From: Octopus sinensis
Taxonomy: Eukaryota
Assembly (NCBI RefSeq): GCF_006345805.1
Contig: NC_043001.1
Coordinates: 20,026,001 to 20,090,000 of the forward strand
Direction: 5' to 3'
Length of the DNA stretch: 64,000 nucleotides
Each line of letters starts with the position of its first letter. The first letter of the stretch is position 1. The translations under genes were made by a program, and so were the position numbers. Below are positions 1 through 12,237 of the stretch, one piece after another. The notes beneath the pieces are model-generated. The model worked only from the letters and a program-made list of their open reading frames with translations. It did not search any database and was not told the DNA's origin.

Positions 1-245
1 ACACCATGAAATTGAATTGGTTTATGTCTCACAGTCGAGGGACTTATATTTTCCTTTTACCGATTATTTTCTGTACTGAAGGAAAAAAAAAATAATAAAT
101 TAACAAAACAAGAGTTTACATGACTCATCTGGTTGACACCTTTCTCTTAAGTTGACATAGTTAACAACATTGATAAGTTTATTGTGCAACAGAGTACATC
201 ATTTGTCACGGTTCATTTATAATAACCAAAGTGCTTCTCATTTAG

Positions 246-284
246 TATTATGGCGATGACACAAGGAATTGTATCAGTTTTTAT
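246..284 (+). CDS. Candidate 39-nt exon of an unidentified + strand gene
   Basis: Acceptor cttctcatttAG and donor GTCAGT. Open as IMAMTQGIVSVF (phase 2-2) or YYGDDTRNCISFY (phase 0-0). Could be a pseudo-exon. Confidence 0.2.
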
Positions 285-458
285 GTCAGTTTTGAAATTT
301 AATAATCCAAGTATTCATAATTATATCTTTAAAATATGTAATGAAAAGCCTTACTTTTGACTCGAAATGTTTATTTTTAAACATTGTGTAATGAATTTAT
401 AAACTTTGACGTTATTACTAAAATGAAAGAACTGTTTCTTTGAAGACTTAGTTCTTAG

Positions 459-534
459 GGTTCCATTATTGCCATATGTTGGTCTACAGAGCAGAGTACC
501 CCGTTCTTGCTTTTATGCTGGAATGTTATTCGTG
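459..534 (+). CDS. Candidate 76-nt exon
   Basis: Acceptor ttagttcttAG and weak donor GTG|GTATTG. More GC-rich than flanks. All three frames open (VPLLPYVGLQSRVPRSCFYAGMLFV / GSIIAICWSTEQSTPFLLLCWNVIR / FHYCHMLVYRAEYPVLAFMLECYS). Confidence 0.3.
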
Positions 535-1099
535 GTATTGGTATTATATCCTATAATATAGCCATAATTTGACAGAAGTGAAATATTTTACTTGGAAATC
601 GGTTTGTAAATTAATATTCCATTCGAATTATGAAGAGAACTATTTTTGTGTGTGTGCTTTCATAATTATAAATATATACGATTTTATAAATGCAATATCC
701 TGATGTCGTCAAACAAATATCTTATTCAATGTAAATTAGAAAAATATAAGAAACATCAGATTTAAAATGCTAGAAATGTTTATAATTAGATTTTATTTCA
801 CTTCATAAAATAATATAGAGATGTTTTTAATTTTAAAAATCATTGGATGTGAATAGATTTCCATTTCTTTCTTGACCAAATTATGTCATTTCTATAGTAC
901 ATAAAACTAAGTTTGTAACTCAACAGCTGATTCCATCTTGGGCTGATGCCCTTTCTTTGGACTTGTTTAGACTAGAAACTCCTTGAGAAATAAAAACATG
1001 GGAAAAGAAAATTAGACTAAATAATCTCTTTTTTTAGTAAACCTTTTCTATTTATGATTGAATAAATCTGTAATAATAGCTGTACAGGCAATGGGTGAG

Positions 1100-2700
1100 A
1101 GTCACAATATTTCACCAATTGTGCATTTCAAGTGTTTCAGCCAAAGTACTTTTCTTGGGCAGTTTATTTTGTTGCTAAAATACAGCTGAGAGTATAACTC
1201 ACCTGAATCCCTAATTCAGAGTTTCCTTTTTTTCTCTCAGCAGTGATCAGTGTAGCATATTTCTGTTGTATTATTTGGACTATTTCCATGATTTTTTAAC
1301 TGTTTATTTTTAGGACTTCATCAACAACTCCATGAATGATTCTTTTTGAGTAATACACATTTTATATTTAGCCTTTGAAAATTAGGTTTCCACAAATATA
1401 TATATATATATATATAGTTCTGTGCATGCTGTGTCTATTATATTATTTTGCTCTTATGATATTAAGATGTTGGCATAACTTAGGCCTTTAATGCTGCATC
1501 TCTCTATAAATCTTGAGCTTAGCTTGTCTGTGAGACCAAATCTTCTTAGGCTGTTTTAACTATTTCCTAAGTCTTTCTTGGTATAGCTATGAAGCTTGGT
1601 TTTCCCACCAATTTTTCATTTAGCATGCATTATCCATTTTCATACTGATTTCTGTTGGTGACCTCACTTTTGTCAGATTTTCTGTACTGGCATGTAGTTG
1701 ACTGGAGTAAAAACATGTGAACACTAGGTTTGTTGTTGTCAGGTTTCACCTCATCACTTTCTCTTGTGTTTTAAAGTTATTTCTCCTGTGTCTGTCATCT
1801 GCCCTCCATTCATTTACATTCTTAAGAAGCAGTTATTCTTCCTTCCTTATGTATACTGAAGTAGTTGTCGTTTGTAAACTTATTGGTAAATACACTATCA
1901 CTTTTTCAACTTATGTCTGTTTTCGCAACATGCCACATTCCAGTGAACCTTACTCCATCGGCTGCAGAGCCTCTGCTTTATACTCTATGTAATATACTCC
2001 ACATATGTGGTCTCATTTAATTTTTGCATACAGAGAGGTCTTGCACTTGTATCAACATTCACTGCATCCACTGTGTAGGCTTAACCGGTTTCTCTCGGTG
2101 TACCTACACTCCCAATGACATCTCAAGCCATTTCACATTACAAAGTCTGTACTGTTAGTCAGGACAAGCTCTGATTTGAAGACTTTTAGCTGTCTTTTAA
2201 GTTTCTCATCCTAATGATGGTGTGAATGAAATTAAGATCACCAAAATGGAGAAGAAATAAGTACCTAGTTAAGACCCTGTCTTGATTTTGTGTCAAGGTT
2301 TCATGAAATTTCAGTTTTAATAACAGAAAGTCTTTCTCAAGACTAGTGTACTGCATTCTTACTCTTCTGGAGTTGTTTGAAAGGATTGCATACTTTTGTT
2401 GATATTGTTGTTTGGCTTCAGGTAACCCCTGACTAAGCAAATCTGATCAAAAGCTTTACAGATATGATCAGCCAGTATCTTTTATCAAGACAATAAAGTG
2501 TGATTTGAGGGACTATTTTGGAATTTCATAACCTTCGTTTCCATTTATGCTGCCTTGTATTGTGATTCTAGTGCATCTAGTTTCCTATCTGGCTGCAGTA
2601 TATCTCATTTTTTGTGTACTTACCTACTCTTGCATGCTGAGCAAAGTGTATGCCCTGTTATTCAACAGTAAATTAGACTTTGCCATGCTAACATTTTGAG
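1100..2700 (-). mobile_element. Decayed RTE-type LINE (RT to C-terminal part), interrupted by (TA)n at 1396-1416
   Basis: Stop-ridden - strand translations resemble the RTE ORF C-terminus (KIW...KLKIYR; RII..V.DEVL). Boundaries approximate. Confidence 0.5.
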
Positions 2701-3099
2701 AGTTAAAAAAATTTTTTTTATATTTTTCAAACATTTTGTACATTTCAATAAATCCTGTTAAGAGAACTAGGTCATTAGCATAACATTTCATGAGCAATCA
2801 GTTTGTAACTTTTGGGGGATTGCCTTAAGCGAAATGAGAATACTTTAGAGGACATGACTCTGATGGATACTAACGTGTACTCTGACCTCACTTCCTATCC
2901 TGATCTTACTCTAGCTTACTCAGACATAACCTAATTTACAAATCACACCCTTTAACCACACCTAGCTTCCTCACTGCCCACAATACTACTTAATATAGAC
3001 TGTGTTCAATACTTTATTTAGGTCAGTGGGTGTAAAGTAGAATTATTACTTCTTGGATAAGAACTTCTCTGAAATATGGCAACTGCATTATATTTTATC

Positions 3100-3462
3100 T
3101 TTTACTTGTTTCAGTCCTTAGATACATTTGTGTTCAGTCAACTGTATCGACCCTTGTATTTATATCTTAAAGCCTGGTACTTCTATCGGTCTCTTTTGCT
3201 GAACATTTGTGGACATAAACACACCAGTACTGGTTGTCAAATGGTGAGGGGGTGGGGTGGAACAAAGACACATTTATATATGTATAGACACATACACACA
3301 ACGGGCTCCTTTCAGTTTCCATCTACCAAATCCACTCACAAGGCTTTAGCTGGCCTGAGGTATGACTGTAGAAGATATTTGCCCAAGGTACCACAGTGGG
3401 TCTGAAACTGGAACCTTGTGGTTGAGAAGCAAGCTTCTTACCACACGGTCTTGCCTGCATCT
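3100..3462 (-). mobile_element. tRNA-headed SINE family A (diverged)
   Basis: Matches the other copies: head gtgtggtaagaagcttgct...ggttccagtttcagacccactg, core gtgagtggatttggtagatggaaactgaaag, tail gactgaaacaagtaaaag. Confidence 0.85.
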
Positions 3463-3571
3463 ATATATTCAAGTTAACTTTCATCTTTCTCTAATTTGTC
3501 TTTGACAGTTATAATTTAAGATTTACACTTCTAAAGACTGCCCCCTCCCCCTAGATCCATCACATCCTTGT

Positions 3572-3846
3572 AAATCTGACAAAAGTGAGGTCACCAACTG
3601 AAATCAGTATGAAAATAGATAATGCATGCTAAATGAAAAACTGGTGAGAAGACCAAATTTCATAGCTATACCAAGAAAGGCTTAGGAAATAGTTAAAACA
3701 CCCTAAGAAGATTTGGTCTCACAGACAAGCTAAGCTCAAGATTTATAGATAGATGCAGCATTACAGGCCTAAGTTATGCCAACATCTTAATATCATAAGA
3801 GCAAAATAATATAATAGACACAGCATCTATATCTGATGCACAGAAC
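3572..3846 (+). repeat. Inverted copy of 1417-1680 (RTE 3' coding fragment)
   Basis: Reverse complement aligns with 1417-1680 over ~265 bp, with scattered substitutions and an 11-bp indel. Confidence 0.9.
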
Positions 3847-3852
3847 AAATAT

Positions 3853-4120
3853 ATCATCATCATCGTTTAACGTCCATTCTCCATGCTAGCATGGGTTGGA
3901 CGGTTCGACCGGGGATCTGGGAAGCCAGAAGGCTGCACCAGGCTCCAGTCTGATCTGGCAGTGTTTCTACAGCTGGATGCCCTTCCTAACGCCAACCACT
4001 CCGTGAGTGTAGTGCGTGCTTTTTATGTGCCACCGGCACAGGTGCCAGGCAAGGCTGGCAACGGCCATGATCGGATTGGTGCTTTTTACGTGCCACTGGC
4101 ACAGAAGTCAGTCAAGGCGG
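3853..4120 (-). mobile_element. RTE-tailed SINE family B ((GAT)n tail)
   Basis: catcatcatcgtttaacgtcc...ccatgctagcatgggttggacgg...ctggatgcccttcctaacgccaaccactcc, recurring throughout the window. Confidence 0.9.
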
Positions 4121-4664
4121 CAATGCATCCTCTTCTCCAAATCACAGCATAGATTCAGATCTCTATATCCAATCACAACCCTACTCGCAAATCTGCAAAA
4201 TCCTTCCACATGTGCCAGTATAACTCCCATTAACGTTAAGCAATGCTTTCATCTCTGTTTGCTGCTAGACAAAAATACAATCTGTAAAACAAAACGCTGA
4301 GTAACAAAGTGCCTGTCAAGGCCAACAAGTGTATAGTGTACAAGAACACCACGACACTTCCAGAACTTGTAAATTTCCCAAATGTAGTGCTATTTTCAAC
4401 CTACACTTTCTTGACATTCCCACTTTCAACAAAACATAATTAGCCTTATACACAAATAATTTTATGTTCACATCCTCTGACCATTCTTCAGACACTTTGT
4501 ACAATTACAGCTCTACATAAATTGCCTAGAAACTGGTTTCTATAACAAGTTTAAAGTAACACCTCTCAAATTCTTTGTCTTTTTTTTTATTGTCAGCAAC
4601 ATCAAAGAATATCAAATACACCCAACCATCACACCTAATGACATAAACATGCATTCATACGTTA

Positions 4665-4905
4665 TCATCATCATCATCATATCACAATTGTTTTAATGTT
4701 CACTTTTCCTGCATGGTCAGATGGAATTTGTTGAAGTGGATTTAATATGCCCTGATGCTCTTCCTGTTGCCAACCCTCACCTTTTTCCAAGTAAAGTGGT
4801 ATTTCCCCATGATAAGACATGTTTTTGTGGAAGATTGGAAACAGACACTGCTTGTATGCCAGTAATGTTTGTTTACAACCATCACATCATCTCAAGGCAA
4901 AGAGG
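4665..4905 (-). mobile_element. RTE-tailed SINE 3' module, variant B2
   Basis: Reverse complement of the ggggaaatattacc-ttggaaac...gtagaaaatctg...gttaaaatgatg module at 8170-8312. Confidence 0.65.
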
Positions 4906-4944
4906 CAGTAATACACACACACACATATAATTTCACAGATAATA

Positions 4945-5178
4945 GGTTTCTTATTTCTTTATTGCCTACAAGGGGCTAAACATAGAGGGGACAAACAAGG
5001 ACAAAGGGATTCAGTTGATTACATTGATCCCAGTGCGTAACTGGTACTTTATTGACCCCGAAAGGATGAAAGGCTAAGTCAACCTCGGCGGAATTTGAAC
5101 TCAGAACGTAACGACAGATGAAATACTACTAAGCATTTCGCCCGGCGTGCTAACGTTTCTGCCAGCTCGCCGCCTTTA
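4945..5178 (-). mobile_element. tRNA-headed SINE family D
   Basis: ggcgagctggcagaaacgttagcacgccgggcgaaatgcttag...gagttcaaattccgccgagg...ggggtcaataaagtaccag; related copies at 41505, 44480 and 60040. Confidence 0.8.
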
Positions 5179-5399
5179 CATAGACAATAGGTTTCTGTCA
5201 ACCAAATCCATTCACAATTCTTAGGCCCAGGGTTATTGTAGAAGACACTTGTTTAAAGTGTTGTGCAGTGGGACTAAATCTAAAACCATTTGGTTGGGAA
5301 GCAAACTTCTTACCTCTTAGCGGCTCTAAGTAAAGATAACAAAGCAGTGTACAAACATGAGTAACACGTTTGACCTACAGAAACAAAAATAATGGTGAC

Positions 5400-5800
5400 T
5401 ACATTGCCTCTATTGATCTTGTCATAACTTACTCAAATATAATCTGATTTACAAACACAAGCCATTTAACCACACCAGGCTGTGTGGCTACAAAAGTGTA
5501 CATTAGATCCACCATGAACTATGCTTGCTCTACTTAGGCTCCAACCTCCATAATCACAAAGAACACAAAACAAAACACTGTGTATCACGGCAGCTTGTGT
5601 GCAGCCCACCTACACAAAATACTTAGAATGAAAGAACATCTGCACATGTCTTCTTTAGAGTTTATTGCTGCATTAAACTCTGCATGGAAAACCACATTCA
5701 AACACGCATACACGTGTACAGTATTCAAAAGCACTACAACAGCATCCTGAAACTGTATCTCTGCCACTCAGCTTAGATGAATCTAAATACACACTTGCAC
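5400..5800 (-). mobile_element. Decayed RTE C-terminal fragment
   Basis: The track ORF YACLNVVFHA...KEDMCR...SILCRW resembles the RTE C-terminal pattern Y.ACV..ML...ETW...EDMRRL....MLRW. Confidence 0.4.
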
Positions 5801-6186
5801 GTGAAAATAGCTGCAACATTAATAGCCTCAACATTGTGATGGGATGCACACCACCAACAATAAATGCAGAATAACTGCAACTATTACATTCTGGTTAAGT
5901 CCACCTTGTATGTTTTGCTAAGGTCACAACTGGTGTGTATGGACATGCAAGAATTGTGAACAGTGGAGAGAGTGTAGTATGTCCCAAGTGACATGTTGTG
6001 TGCCATTGGATTGATTATTGCCTGTTAGAGTGTATGGTACAGTCCTCAGCTAAATGGAACCTGGTGTAACAGGAAAGCTAGATCTTTGGGTCGTGTGTTG
6101 TCATTGTCAATTACCTGTGTGGTATAAAACTGCTTGATCAGGGTTCATCTTGAGCTAAATATCAACAACAATAGCAACCCAGTTAA

Positions 6187-6402
6187 CCCTTTTGATACCA
6201 ACCCGCCTGAAACTACCTCTGGATCTAGTACACATGTCTTATTTTCAAAAGTCCTGTATTAAAATCTTCCAAACCTTAGTCACAATTTATGTTCCTAACA
6301 CTAGCTTAACGATAACTAAGTTATTTTACTAATTTCTTGGTTATGTTTAAAATTAATTGAAAGAAACACAGAGCATCTCAACAGAAATATGGTAACAAAG
6401 GG
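6187..6402. mobile_element. piggyBac-type MITE
   Basis: TTAA|CCCTTTTGATACC ... GGTAACAAAGGG|TTAA; body shared with 38874, 40344 and 52714. Confidence 0.85.
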
Positions 6403-6802
6403 TTAACCAATCTCTGGCTGCATCCTAGTTATTTACTAGAAGCATATCAAGGCTTTTCTATATCTTCTATGCAATTCTTTTCATTGTCTCTAAGGGTAAG
6501 TGCTTCCATATTATTTCCTAATGAACTTATTCATAAAGATATTCTATCTTGCAATTCTGTTTTCCAGCTAAACCTTGTATTATTTTGCATTTTTTGAGGA
6601 AGCTTGATGTTTAGTTTTCTAATCAGTTTCTAGGTATTGTTCACTTATTTTGCTACTTCTCATTCCTTCCAAGATTGTCTCTTATTTTTTGTTGCTCTAT
6701 CTTCTATACTTTTCCTATTACCAAGTTACCTTCTTCTTGGCTAAGACTATGTTCTGGCTACAGCATTGCTTGGAGACAAGTTGTTCATTCTTTTGTCTAA
6801 AA

Positions 6803-7004
6803 CAGTGGTTCTCAATTGTGCTCCATGTAAGATTTTGTTAAAGTTTATGAGCAATAAATTGGTTATACTTCTACAAAACACAAAATATTTTTTTTTATAT
6901 ACAATTCCTAATTATAAAAATGTTTTTTTTTATAAACATGTGGGTCCAGTAGAGTAAAATAGTAATCAATGGAGTCCATAGGCAAAAATGGTTGAGAACC
7001 ACTG
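6803..7004. mobile_element. hAT/Charlie-type MITE
   Basis: TIRs CAGTGGTTCTCAA / TTGAGAACCACTG; flanks gtctaaaa / gcctaggt (degenerate 8-bp TSD). Confidence 0.8.
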
Positions 7005-7456
7005 GCCTAGGTCAGTCTTTGTTGGGTTTTATGGATTATCTCCTGAGGAATCTTGATCCTGATGGAGTGCGTCTATGTTCCTAGCTGAATACTCTAAAAG
7101 CAGCTAAGTGTTTTACAAATTGCACTGAATTCACTATTTGCTCTATAATGCAGAACAAAAGATAGCAATTGAAAATTCATCAAAGGTTCGATCTTTTTGT
7201 TAGTTTTTCTTGTTGAGGAATTTTCATAAAATTTCATAACTGTTTGGATGTTGTACTTTTCTTTTCGTGTTGAGGGAGGGAAAACTTAATGATTAAGGAT
7301 CAAGGTTTACTGACCAAACTCTTCTATTTGTATTGTACACTTAAGATTAATTCCATTTGCTCAATTTAACTTTAGATGAACAAGAAGCAACATGGAAATT
7401 CTTGAAATCCATTTTAAATTACTACCTCAAATATTTTATATACTTTGTATCTGTAG

Positions 7457-7526
7457 GAATGTATTGAAATTGTTTGTGTCACTTTTTACATACATCAGAG
7501 AAATAGATTTCTATACTCACTTATCG
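7457..7526 (+). CDS. Candidate 70-nt exon
   Basis: tactttgtatctgtAG ... TCG|GTAAAA. Open as ECIEIVCVTFYIHQRNRFLYSLI (0-1) or NVLKLFVSLFTYIREIDFYTHLS (2-0). Lies in a TE-poor island. Confidence 0.35.
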
Positions 7527-7939
7527 GTAAAATTGGCAGACTTTGTATTGTGAAGAAAAACCTTGTTTTCAAAAATGCTTGAAATCCTTAAGCAAACCAC
7601 ATCTTCATTTTATAGCATGGATTCATAATTGTTGTTAAGAACAGTTTCAGTTATTTATTTGTTCTGTACATGTCCAGTTTTAAGCATTCTGTAGACATAT
7701 CCCAGAGGAGAGAGAAAACATATCAAATAGCAATGAGGTTTAGTAATTTGTGTATTGCCACTATGATCAACATGCTAATTTTCTCTTTGGTTAAGCAGAA
7801 TAATTAGTAATTTAGTGAAATGGATTTTGAAAAAATATAAAAGTAATGTATATATTAGCAAATTCCCATGTTTCACGTGATTAGTAGAATGTGGAGTGGA
7901 AATTGTAAAATACTTTTATGCTTGAATTTCATTTAAGCA

Positions 7940-8312
7940 CCGGCATGACTGTGTAGTTAGAAGTTTGCTTCCCAGCCACATGATTTTGGGTTCAGTACCA
8001 TTGTGGGTCACCTTAGGCAACCAAAGCTTTGTCAATACATTTGGTTGATGGAAACTGAAAGGAGCCCATACTGTGTGTGTGTGTTACATTCTCCTTGCCT
8101 TGAGATCACGTGACAGTTGTGTCACCATTATGCAAATTGTGCCCTTCGTTACCAATCTTCTGTGAAAATGTTTGGATACCGGGAAATATTACCCCACTTG
8201 GAAACAAGTGCAGGTTGGCAACAGGAAAGGTGTCCAGCTGTAGAAAATCTGTCTCAACAAATTCCATCTGACCTATACAAGCATAGAAAAGTGGATGTTA
8301 AAATGATGATGA
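7940..8312 (+). mobile_element. SINE with family A head and RTE-type B2 tail
   Basis: Head ggcatgactgtgtagttagaagtttgcttcccagccacatg...gatggaaactgaaag joined to a tail ending gttaaaatgatgatg. Confidence 0.75.
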
Positions 8313-8654
8313 AAATATCTTTAAAGGAAGGCATCATCAAAAGGATGAGTGATTTTCTTTCCTATTGTTGGATTGTTTAATTTAACAAAGTTCCTGAAAT
8401 AGACAATAGCATTACTCATTATTGCACTTACCACCGTTCGTTGTCAACTGGATTATTATCTTATAATTTGGGTTTACTGTTCTATCTATAGTTCTTGTGT
8501 ATGTCATTAATTAAAATATTGGCATTGAAATACTCTTAGTCATGGTGAACAGAAAAAGAAAAGTTTTGATAGGTAGTGGTTGATGAAGAATTTGCTGGTG
8601 GAAATTGAGACATTTAACTAAATAGTGCAAGCCACTACTTTTTCTTTTTTTTTT

Positions 8655-9019
8655 CTTTTACTTGTTTCAGTCATTTGACTGCGGCCATGCTAGAGCACCG
8701 CCTTTAATCGAGCAACTCGACCCCGGGACTTATTCTTTTGTAAGCTCAGTACTTATTCTATCGGTCTCGTTTGCCAAACCGCTAAGTAACGGGGGACATA
8801 AACACACCAGCATCGGTTGTCAAGCAATGCTAGGGGACAAACACAGACACACAAATACATACACGCATATATATATAGACATATATACGACGGGCTTCTT
8901 TCAGTTTCCGTCTACCAAATCCACTCACAAGGCTTTGGTCGGCCCGAGGCAATAGTAGAAGACACTAGCCCATGTGGTTGGTAAACAAGCTACCTACCAC
9001 GCAGCCACTCCTGCGCCTA
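8655..9019 (-). mobile_element. SINE family A (young, small internal deletion in head)
   Basis: Near-consensus copy with CpGs retained; head taggcgcaggagtggctgcgtggtagg. Confidence 0.9.
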
Positions 9020-9024
9020 TAAAG

Positions 9025-9117
9025 TGCTCCATGTGAGGATTGAACTCACGACCTTCAGATTGCTCAGCATGACAGTTTGATTATGAAACTGACATGCTGT
9101 CTAGGTACCACTGCTTT
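9025..9117 (-). pseudogene. tRNA-Met-CAT (pseudo): tRNA-Met(CAT) elongator-type pseudogene with 21-nt intron (9061-9081)
   Basis: The - strand reads ...gtcagtttCATa[atcaaactgtcatgctgagca]atctgaaggtcgtgagttcaatcctcacatggagca, matching eukaryotic elongator Met (GTCAGTCTCATA-ATCTGAAGGTCGTGAGTTCGATCCTCAC). T-arm intact; 5' acceptor and D arm CpG-decayed. Confidence 0.8.
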
Positions 9118-9317
9118 AGTTCTTTGTTGCATTACATGAGCATCTGTTCTGATGTCTCAGTAGCTGCTTTGAAGTGAGTGTGTCCATTTTGTTTTATAAA
9201 TCCAGATTACTTGGCAGTATAATTATCTATTTTTGGAAATTTTTGATTAACAGGTTATCTGGACATTAAAGACTTAACCCAGCCTTATTTCAACAGGTCA
9301 TATGCTAGTCAGGCTAC

Positions 9318-9720
9318 ATCATCCTCGTTTAACGTCCGCTTTCCATGCTAGCATGGGTTGGACGATTTTGACTGAGAGCTGGCGAACCAGATGGCTGCAC
9401 CAGGCTTCCAATCTTGATCTGGCAGAGTTTCTACAGCTGGATGCCCTTCCTAACGCCAACCACTCCGAGAGTGTAGTGGGTGCTTTTTACATGCCACCGG
9501 CACGGGGGCCAGTCAGGCGGTACTGGCAATGACCTCGCTCAAATCTTTTTACAAGTGCCACCGGCACAGGTGCCAGTGAAGCGACGTTGGTAACGATCAT
9601 GCTCGAATGGTGCCCTTTTACGTGCCACAGGTACAGAAGCCAGTTGGCTGCTCTGGCAACGATCACGCTTGGATGGTGTTCTTGGCACCCTACTAGCACA
9701 GGCATAAGTGCCAGTAAGGC
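9318..9720 (-). mobile_element. SINE family B with internal tgccaccggcac repeats
   Basis: Family B 3' module plus repeated sub-units. Confidence 0.9.
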
Positions 9721-10179
9721 GGAAAAAAAGTGCATTAGAAATACAACAGAAATCACATAAGTACACAAATATTTAATTTTTTATTGGGTTTACTAGAAGT
9801 GCAAAATACATTCAAGTACCAAACAGATTTGTAGAAAGAATTTTTCTCATTGTTTTTACCTATTGACTTTTACATCAATATTACTTCTAATTATGTAACT
9901 AAATGGAGATTATCGATATTAATGTATATTCTACATCAGATTTTGTGCTTGTTTGAATTTCAAATTAGGTTTTCATAGTGAATTATGAAGTCAGTTTAGT
10001 TTTCTCAAACACTAGAAGACTTTAAGCCAATAGTTTTCTAGTTTTCTTATAGAACGTTCAAAACAAAGAGTGTGCCTAAAAGTAGACTGCTTAATATGTA
10101 ACTTGAGCTTAAATATTAGGAAAAAAAGATGGAAGTCACATCTTGAAAATAGTTATGAGCTGTATAGAAATTAAGATAA

Positions 10180-10600
10180 GTATTGTGAGGATTTTTACAG
10201 GATCTTGCCAACTATTTATAGAAAATATTAAGATTGTACCCTGAAAAGATAGTTGATGATAATTCTCTCGAAAAAGAACCTGGTAAAAAAATTAGTCCTA
10301 GACAATAAAATAAACTTCTTAATATGATTATTCATTTATGCTTGCTCTTAGCTGACATAGAGTAAATAACATGATAAAAATGAAATAAAAAATTAAATAC
10401 ACAGTTGACTATCACAATTTGGTGAACAATAGCATCATTCATTGCGGGTTTCTAATGAGCCAATTACTGGTTCACTGCATTTCCAATGGCAAGAATGGCA
10501 TGGAAGTGTCTGTAACTCAGTGCAGAACAAATATTGCAAGGGACTTTGTGCAAGGGGAACTGTTTTTTTTTTTGTTTTCTCACTGTTGTCTGTATTCTTC
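10180..10600 (+). mobile_element. Possible piggyBac transposase C-terminal remnant
   Basis: Weak by-eye resemblance (P.I..Y... then Cys-rich VCNSVQNKYCKGLC...F); heavily decayed. Confidence 0.2.
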
Positions 10601-11107
10601 ACCAGAGTACAAATGCACACAAATATTAGATCACATTTAATATTCTTCAGAAATTTAAAAATTCATTCTTTTAAGTCAAAAAAAGACCCCCCCCCTTCTT
10701 TCTCTCTCTCTGTCTCTATTGATGAAATCATTGCATGATGAAGTTGATGCTCTGTGTTCTATCTCTCCAATTAAAAGTGTGTGGCCTTTAAGCTTCTTGA
10801 GTCTTCATTAAGAAAATAGAGAGAAAGGTTTTATAGATGCGCAAATTTGGGAGGAAATAAGATAAGCTGATGATTACAATTATTATTAAGCAGCAGATTG
10901 CCAAATTTTTTTTCCAGTGCTCTAATGATTCTGCCAAAGTACATCCAGTCCATGCTATAAAGTGGTTAGTGATAGGAAGGACACCAGAGTAATACAACCA
11001 TCTCCAACCATAAGTCTCAGTCAGATACAATGAAAAACCATGTAAGTGAAGTGATCAGGTGGGACCATCTGGCCATAAGATGTCATCAAGTAATTACACC
11101 AACTCTC

Positions 11108-11415
11108 TTCATCATCATCATCATCATCGTTTAACGTCTGTTTTCCATGCTAGCATGGGTTGGATGGTTCGACCGGGATCTGGGAAACCAGAAGGCTGCA
11201 CCAGGCTCCAGTTTGATCTGGCAGTGTTTCTACAGCTGGATGCCCTTCCTAACGCCAACCACTCCGTGAGTGTAGTGGGTGCTTTTTACGTGCCACTGGC
11301 ACAGGTGCCAGGCGAGGCTGGCAATGGCCACGATCGGTTGGTGCTTTTTACGAAAGCCAGTCAAGGTGGCGCTGGCATTGGCCACATACAGATGGTGCAT
11401 TTTACGTGCCAGTCC
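11108..11415 (-). mobile_element. SINE family B
   Basis: (cat)n-cgtttaacgtc...gcccttcctaacgccaaccactcc. Confidence 0.9.
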
Positions 11416-12237
11416 CACACTACCATAAAGTGCCTTCTTGTATTAAATTTCAGGGCTACCACAGTTAACAATGGCATGATGTAAAGTAGGTCTGGAGAGA
11501 TTACATACAGACTGGAGTAGAGGCAAGTAGATACATGTATTGTACATGACTTAAGATGGACGGGAAACTTTAGTCAGCTTCTTTGTGGGCAAGGAATACA
11601 AGTAAAAATTCTTCTGATTGAGTAAAAGTGTTGACCTTGGTTGAATAGTCATATTGTTGACAGATAACTAGATGGATAAAATAACTGAAATAGTACATGA
11701 ATAATTAACATTTGGTTAATTAAGGGCAGTGCTACACCAACCGGGATCTCTGCATATGTACCACTATCAGGACTAAGAGGTGAGCAAAAGGACTGTTTCT
11801 GTGAGGTCTGCTCTCAGACTGAAGTAATAATAAACGACTGATCTTGTTATCATAACCGATGACTTTCATGCATGTGTTGGGCAAACTATAATGGCCACTT
11901 CATTGTACATGGATATGGCATGAGGTGGGACCAAAGCTCTTATAGTTCTGAAACTTATTTCAAAACTAACTCAAGGAAATCAGCTAGCTGTCTGATCACC
12001 TATCAGACTGGCAAACACTCTTGCCAAATAGACTTCACACTTGCCAAGAAATTAGATAAGTAACTGGTTGTGAGTACTAAGTCCTAAGTGATGTCGGTTC
12101 CACCCAGCATAGATTAGTGATTACTGACTTCAGGATAAGAACTAAATGGACTCGGGGGGACAAGGCAGTCAGGAGATTGAATAAAACTGAACAATCTCTT
12201 GATTAGTTGTAGAGTCAAAGGAGTATTTGTTGATGCA

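Noticed and set aside
1203-1290. - strand MEIVQIIQQKY...GIQ|GTGAGT
   Set aside because: No acceptor, a stop immediately upstream, and it continues the decayed RTE C-terminus.
8432-8534. - strand segment with good acceptor and GTAAGT donor
   Set aside because: Stops in all frames and no other support; such pairs are expected by chance in AT-rich DNA.
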